64,000 nucleotides of DNA from assembly GCA_012295275.1 (NCBI GenBank), contig CM022665.1:26412001-26476000 (forward strand). The letters run 5' to 3'. The notes under the pieces were generated by a model, which was not told the origin of the DNA, ran no database searches, and was given only the letters and a program-made list of their open reading frames with translations. Origin of the DNA: Chrysomallon squamiferum (taxonomy: Eukaryota > Animalia > Mollusca). This document shows, in pieces, positions 56,497 to 64,000 of this stretch (its first letter is position 1; every line of letters starts with the position of its first letter). The position numbers were made by a program, and so were the translations under genes.

Positions 56497-59400
56497 GTGT
56501 ATATATATATATATATGTATATGTATATGTATGTATGACTAAAACCCCTGATCGATTTAATGTAACCTACATTTAATTTTATTGCCAGTAAATAAATCAC
56601 AGGATACTGCACAGCTGCTGTTTACAGCTTTAACACAGCTTTTATTACCGAAACACTATTTCAGACCGATATATGCTATTTTCTTTGTTACGAAGCTCAA
56701 CACGGTGATAATGTTGCCACCCTTTCTGAAATCCTTTATCGGCTCATGGCCATTGACATAATACTGAAATTACAGTATTACAGCGAGTATCAGACTGACG
56801 ATTTATCTGAAAACAAGGCACAAAACAACATTTTAAAATACATGTATGTAAAATTAAAGCGGATGTGATAGCGTATTCATAAAAAAAAAAAGTATATGTA
56901 AATAAAAATACAGGAAAACAAGTAACATATCAGTTTTTATTTATTCCACATGTCACATTTCTAACTGTTCATCGATTCTATTAATTAAAAGTACTGAATA
57001 AACTAATTTTTTCCCTTTGAAGCAAGTAATTTTGTTCTTACTGTGTCAGAATTTGGTGACCCAGGTTTCAGTTTCAGTGCTGACTGCATGGAGCTTGGCC
57101 AGATTTGGTAGCTTATAGACTTGGTTCACGACTTGTTTCAAATTCATTATTACATAGAACTGACGAGGGTCTCATATACGTCTTGAGGAATCCGCGTAAC
57201 TTCCCCTTTATTGAAATATCTAGTGATATCTGTGAAATAGCTATAACAAAGAAGAAAAAATCTCAGATTCACCAATATTAGGGGACTCAATTAGCTTTTG
57301 AGCTTTAAAAAATTCATTATAAAGCTATCTTTTCTTTTCTTAAATTTGTTCGTTTCTTTTCTTTTTTTTTGTGTGTTTATTTGTCTCTTTCTTTCGTTTT
57401 GATTAATGAATTCGTGCTACAGTTAGACAGACTATTTAGTTATTTTTAAAAATGTTTGTGACTAAGAAATGTACTGTCATTTCAACGTATTTTTTCAAAC
57501 TTTGTGGATTCATATTATTCAAAAATAAGTTTGTTCCCATAAACTGCGCTTCCATTTACAAAATAAGTTGATCTAATGTAAAAGATATTTAAAACGATTT
57601 TTGAAATTTATTCATTCTGTAGTGTTTATTTATTTGGTAAAGTATATTGATACTCTAAAAAAAAAAAAAAATATATATATAAAATAAATAATTAAAAACA
57701 ATTAATAATAATAAAATAAATAAATAAATAAAACAACCCCCCCCCCAGCAAAACTATAGATATCTCACAACTGTTAAAATAGCTCATTCAAATAACTGTT
57801 TTTCACCTCTTCTTATTTAAATAAATTTAATTTTGGCTAAGGTAAAACCTTATGACTGTTTTGTATCAGGATACATTTATATATATAGTATGTTCAGCTT
57901 TCCTTCTGACAAACTCTTTCTCGTTGTCAAAGGTTATGCGGCATTCTTTAACAATTCTGTGATCGATACTTGCTCAGAATCTCTCACAGTACGTTACATT
58001 CGGTCAGTTATAATCTAATATGTTAGTAATATTACGCTAGCTACAGTCTGGTTCCTATCATTTTTTTTTTTTTTTTTTATAAAAAGTGGTTGATAATATT
58101 TGCTAAATTTTATAAATTATTATTATTTAACAGATGTTTAACAAACATGCAGTAGAAAATAAATAATAATTATTCTGAAATTAAAAATATTTATTATGTC
58201 AGTCATTATCACAAGACAAAATACAGTAAATTACCGATTTCGGTACCTGCAAATTAGCTCAGTCTTCGTAATTATTATATTAAAGCCACGTGAATGTTTG
58301 AAATATGTGAAATAACCTCAAAACCTTTTGTCCGGGGTTCTGACTGCGTTTTTGCCTACGGTCACGCGGCAATTCTTACGCAATTAGACAACAAAACGGT
58401 GTTAAAGTTGTCGCATGGTATATTTATTAAGTGCCAAAGTTTTTCTTCCTAACCCATAACTGCCTCAGATTTCAATTGTGTTTGGTAAATACGGTCGAAC
58501 AAACACATCATCTCTAATATTTGCAACAAATTAGCGTGTCCGTTCTTTCAAATGGCGAACGTTTGTGTTAATCTGAAAATGTGTTTTTCGAACGTGATGT
58601 CCACAGAGTAATGAATCAGTTTGTTTGTCCGAAACCGTCAGACATACAGCACACAAAATATCCAGCGAGGTGCAGAGCACACTTTCTGTTTGTGTTCATT
58701 TGTGAAACTGGTTTTTAGATCTTTATTGTTATATCATTATGACGATAATGGTAAATATTTATCTACACTTGAAACTTGAAAACAAATACACGTCTTTCAA
58801 GTGGTGGACAAAGGTTTTGTGATGAAAAGTAAGTTTCAAGAATTCTTACGTACAACTCATGCGTTCTATTTTTTATTTTTGTTTCTGCAAAGAAATAAAT
58901 TACATTAGAAAGGAAAACTGTTTAAGAAATTAGTTTTATACTAGTAACATAAGATATGTAAACAGCATTTAACCAGACTTGACGAATTTTATATTTTAAA
59001 ATTATTGTAAAACTCTGAGATATATTACTTTGTTATTATCATTATATAAAAGTGATAATTTCAAAATAAAGTCAACGCTGTAGGACACGGAAAGATTAAA
59101 TTAACACCCAGTGACTAATCCAGTCAGCATCAGTGTTATCGGTAAAGACTTAAATATTAAGTCCTGCCCAACAACGAGTTATCAAAATGTCTTTACTTCT
59201 ACGTGATTCAACAGCTATCATACGTAACCATTAACTATAGTTAATTATCGAATGCATGATATATTTACACCATAGGCATTTTTTGATTGTTAACGTATCA
59301 TTCTATGAAAATTTGAAAACGATTAGATTCGAGGACATCATAATGAAAAATATCCGGCATAGTATATTCAGATAAAAATAAAATTAAAATAAATTATAAT

Positions 59401-60293
59401 CCGTTTTCACTGTATTTATTTATTTTTAAAATAAAATTACTTTGCACACATGAAGCTTAAGATGTTACAGTCACATTTATCATGTCGTAATAACCGATGA
59501 TTATGTGGTTTTTCAACAGTAAATTTCTGAATTAATTAAATATTTATTTATTTATTTGTTTCTTTGTTCGATGTTTTTTTTATTATTATTATCATGCTAT
59601 ATTATATTATATGTACAGTATTATAACTGCTGTTTTTTTTTTTTTTTCGTTTTGTTTATTCATTTATTTCTTTGCAGTATTTTTAATTACAGATATTTAG
59701 TAATTTATACGTTGACAGTGCTATAGCTTAACACTTTTGATAATATATTACTTTCGTTTCTTTGCAGGTTAATTTCGGAGACAAATGTATTCTGTATGCC
59801 GACGTGGAGTTTTTGAGGAATGGCTCATTCACGTATTTCCTTGTAAAATTTCCTCCCGATTCTTCTGTCTGCCACTATGATTTAATCACAGCAGTGCTCT
59901 TTTGTTTTGTCTATCCAGCAGGAGCCATTGCAGTCTACATTTATCTTTATTTCAAAGCAAAAAAGACAGAATCGTGAGTTTAAATTCAGTTTATTTATTT
60001 TTATGTCTTAATCAGAAGACTTATAATAATGTTCGTCTGTAAGTGCAGTATATCCCGATATAATACTTTTTTTGAATTATTCATCAATTTAAAGTATTAT
60101 ATATACTTTTTTTTTTTTTAAATTCTAATATGAATAATAATTATCATTTACTTTTTTATGTACTGAGTATCCAGAATTAATATACATGTATATGTTTATA
60201 ACGTTCTTTCATTCTATTTAAATGAGGCATTAAAACCGAGTACAGTAAAGGTTATACTAAATTACGTGTGTGTATGTGCTGTACTGTGCTCTG

Positions 60294-60353
<60 letters not shown>

Positions 60354-60807
60354 TTTTGAAGTTTATAAATAAAGACAGTTTATCTTTGATGTTAACTAAT
60401 TTCTTTAAGAAATAAATAACAATTGTCTCTTAGAATAAGAAATAAAAGATATATATTGATGGATCTTTCTTTTTAGATTTGATATAGCTAATGTATACTT
60501 CATCATCCACTGTGTGGTAGACGTCGCCATCACAGTGCTCATCCTGGTGTCAGCTTGCACCATCAGTAGGGGATTTTCGTACGTGTGTGATCAGTTCATG
60601 AAAGGCTCCAACTTCGGCATCAGCAGGTTGGTACTGTTGTTAAAGACTATCACACTGATAGGATGGTGCAAATGAAAAAGACAGAAAGAAATAATATATA
60701 GGAACAAAATAGTATGACTTGGTTTTGTTCATAATTTCTAAAGGCAAAATCCAAAGTTGCCTTTAATATTTACTTAGATTTAACAAAATGACTAGATTAA
60801 GATTATT

Positions 60808-60885
<78 letters not shown>

Positions 60886-61438
60886 TGTTCCAAAACCTCT
60901 TGAAAATATTTATATTTTTCAGGTGTTCTGACGCTCAGAATTTTCAAAATTGGTTCGATATTGACGCCAGCAATTTTCATCTCTGCCTTACAATGGCTGT
61001 GGTAAGTTCATAACATAATTATTTTAATAATAGTGTTCAGTTAATAAATCAATAAATTATATATTTATAAAACATCGTTACATTTATTCATAAAAGGATA
61101 GTCGCTTTTTGTTTTTTTATGTTTTAAAACTAGCCTGCCACTGTATTTTATGCAAATAAATTTTTAAAAGTATTATCAAATAAGCACCCGCCTGGCGCCT
61201 GAAGCTCAGAATTTTATATTATCAGATTAGAAAATGCAAAACGAAATTAGCCAAGCGGGCGAATTATATATAAACTAAGAAATTATTTATAAATTAACCA
61301 TAGATGATTATAATTATTTGCATGGAAAATCACATCATGTACACAAACTCTACACATATTTAGGATTCTTGGGAATGCTGTGAAAGATTCCCAGCATTTT
61401 TGCTTATATATATGCAGGCCCGTACGCTTAGTATGACG

Positions 61439-61478
<40 letters not shown>

Positions 61479-61986
61479 TCCAATGATGTGAACTGTATGA
61501 AGTTCCCATGTCGTGTAAACATTTCAAATTTACTTCCCAAAATGCATCACCTGCAGCCTAGATTTTAAAAAAATTCGTTGGGGGAGCAGCTCCGGCCCTT
61601 ACAGCCGTCCATTACGCAGCCCCTATATAAATTTCTTCGTACGGGCCTGACATGTATATATATATATATGTTCATGTGAAGCTGCAGCCTCTTTTGCTGA
61701 AACTAATTACGACGATACACCTAGCTATTACACTTTATCTATTTAAACCATCTGAATCCAAATGGGTGCATCATTATCATTTAAATTACAATTGTATATT
61801 GCCCTCAAAATAACTTGAAGATATTTGATACTATTAGTTTAATCCATGCTTATATTTCAGACTGCCAGCTGGCTAACGTTTGTGTTCTGGCTGATGCAAG
61901 CTGTGTTTGGTGGATGGAAACTGTGGAGGCTTAACATGTTACCAACAGTTCCTGAAAAGTTAAAAATATGTTGTAGAGACACGTGA
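48371..61986 (+). CDS. TMEM179B: Transmembrane protein 179/179B-like, paralog G (223 aa; most canonical copy, 11.3-kb intron 1)
   Basis: Exons 48371-48481 (MSKILQYVKQFYLQRVVLYGLITLSGFFVIGPLGEVL), 59768-59973 (VNFGDKCILYADVEFLRNGSFTYFLVKFPPDSSVCHY...), 60477-60626 (...VSACTISRGFSYVCDQFMKGSNFGIS), 60923-61001 (CSDAQNFQNWFDIDASNFHLCLTMAV), 61861-61986 (TASWLTFVFWLMQAVFGGWKLWRL...ICCRDT*). The F.G.C.LY, C..AQ...W and NF..L..A..ASW motifs are recalled from TMEM179/179B. Assignment to the B subfamily is tentative. Confidence 0.85.
61415..61649. mobile_element. MITE in intron 4 of paralog G
   Basis: Perfect 12-bp terminal inverted repeats CAGGCCCGTACG ... CGTACGGGCCTG with hAT-like CAG ends; target-site duplication not clear. 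Confidence 0.7.
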
Positions 61987-64000
61987 CAAATTTAAGCTGA
62001 TGCAAATATAAAATAATGTGCATTATGTGTAAATATACAACGTATTTATTGCAAATATAATTAAGGGAAAATTTACGTATTCGAATCAGCAGAACTGAGT
62101 GGCAGTGAAATAAATTTGAGAAAACCCGTTAAGAGCAGAGGGATCGTATGGATTCTGACAAAAGTGGGTTTGAAATAACCACAGAAGGTTGTTAATATTA
62201 TCGAACATTGGAAAGAAGTGTTGGCTAAGTCGTATGCTGTGCATACGATACACATACTTTAACATTACTCTGGCTGAAGTATGCTAAGAATTATTCAGAT
62301 TCAATCAATTGAATGCTGGTAGTCAAGGTCAATTATCTTTTTAACTTGTATCCGTGGACGATAAAATAACAATAATATTCGGTTTTGAAAATTGTCCATT
62401 TTAAAAAGAAGCAATAGAATATGTTTAGAAAACAACAACAAATATATATATATTATTCTGGGCTTTCTTTCTCGTTATCTTGTACAGTTTAAATTACCAG
62501 CATGACACTATACAAAATATTTCAAATATTATATGTGACTCTTTAAATAACAAAATTCTTTCTTCCATATTTATTAATAAAAAATAAAAAATAGCAAAAA
62601 TTTGACCTGCAAATGGCTAGAAAGAAGTTTGTTTCAATTAACAGATGCGATGATTATTAAGTTTTGTTTTATGGTTGATATCTGATTAACAAACAGTATA
62701 CATATATTTATTTCAGTCTATATATACATATGTAAATCCATGTATGATGATTAATGTTTTTGTTTTACAGTTTATATTTGATCCATAATCTTATACGATA
62801 TACATATATTTATTTCAAATTATATGTGTATATATATGTGTATATATAGGTAATTCCAGTCATACATTTACATATCCTAGTCTTCAAAGAGTGCTTTATA
62901 TTAATGAATGAATAATATTAATAAAAATTATTATTTTAATATTGTTGAGTTGTGTATTAATTCGCAAATAATGTTTTCAAAAGTGTAAATTATATTATAT
63001 TAAATACACACACTTAACACATACAGTTTTTAAATTTAAAAAACAAAAATTAAAATTAAATATTAAAATTTAAAACAAACAAACAAACAAACCAAAAAAT
63101 GCCTATATATTTCCAGAAACATACACTCAGTTAATTTTCGAGGATGAATCGAAAAAAATGTTAGTATTTTTTTTTATGTTATTGGATGGTAGAATTTATT
63201 TTTAAAATTGTCTTAGAACCTTTAAAATATTCCAAAGTGAACGGAAAAACAATTAATTTAGCCATCATCAAACGTTATTTAATATTTTTTATTTATTATT
63301 TTTTATTTATTATTATTATTATTGATTCTACAATATTATTCTATGCGTATGAAAACGTGGCTGGGGGAAATAATAATAATAAAAATAATAATCGTTTGTT
63401 TATTTATTTATTTGTTTGTTTGTTTGTTTGTTTATTTATTTGTTTGTTTGTTTGTTTGTTTATTTATTTATTTATTTATTTTTCATTTTATTTTAAAATA
63501 TTATTGCCAGGCTCTCATCATATATAAATATAGTGGAACAAGAAAAGTTAAATGTCCATGAACTGACGTATCGTCTGTAGTAATCCAATAGCTGCTTTTC
63601 TAGTCATGGTGCGAAGATCTGGTGACATCTGTTGCATTTTCGTTTACAAGCTTGAAGCAGATAAAACTCTGATTTTAGCCCATTTCACTCACGTCAGCAG
63701 TCATATTACCATCACACTGTAGATTAGACTAAACATTTTGAAATGAATACGATAGCAACTAGTACCAAGGATGATACGGAAGCTGAAAAATAAAATTAAT
63801 TTAATTAGCTTTCTAAGAAGAGCAGATGGAAATTAATAACAAATTAACCAAAGCAATGTTAATTATAATGACAGTTAAACAACAATACTATTATTTAAAA
63901 AAATAATAATAATAATAATAAATTAATAATTATAAAAGAACTAACAGCAGCAGTAATAGAGATATTAGTCATAGTAGCAGTAGTAGTAATTGCAGTTGTA

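Overview
AT-rich, microsatellite-dense animal genomic DNA with spliceosomal GT-AG introns. The repeat style suggests a mollusc, possibly a cephalopod, but that is inference only. Most entries in the ORF track are spurious because the real genes are split into short exons. Manual exon assembly shows a tandem array of eight TMEM179-family four-transmembrane genes sharing one 5-exon structure with intron phases 0-2-2-0. Six are on the minus strand (A1, truncated by the window edge, then A2, B, C, D, E) and two on the plus strand (F, and the canonical-looking long-intron copy G). There is also one exon-scrambled pseudogene fragment of B. A1 and A2 come from a recent ~12 kb tandem duplication and differ mostly by amino-acid-changing substitutions concentrated in the predicted extracellular/luminal loops. 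An unrelated ~560-aa acidic Cys/Tyr-rich repeat gene (X) lies between E and F, may splice into E, and carries an interleaved A-B-A'-B' inverted repeat in an intron. The window also has decayed Tc1/mariner copies, hAT-type MITEs, minisatellites and many microsatellites.
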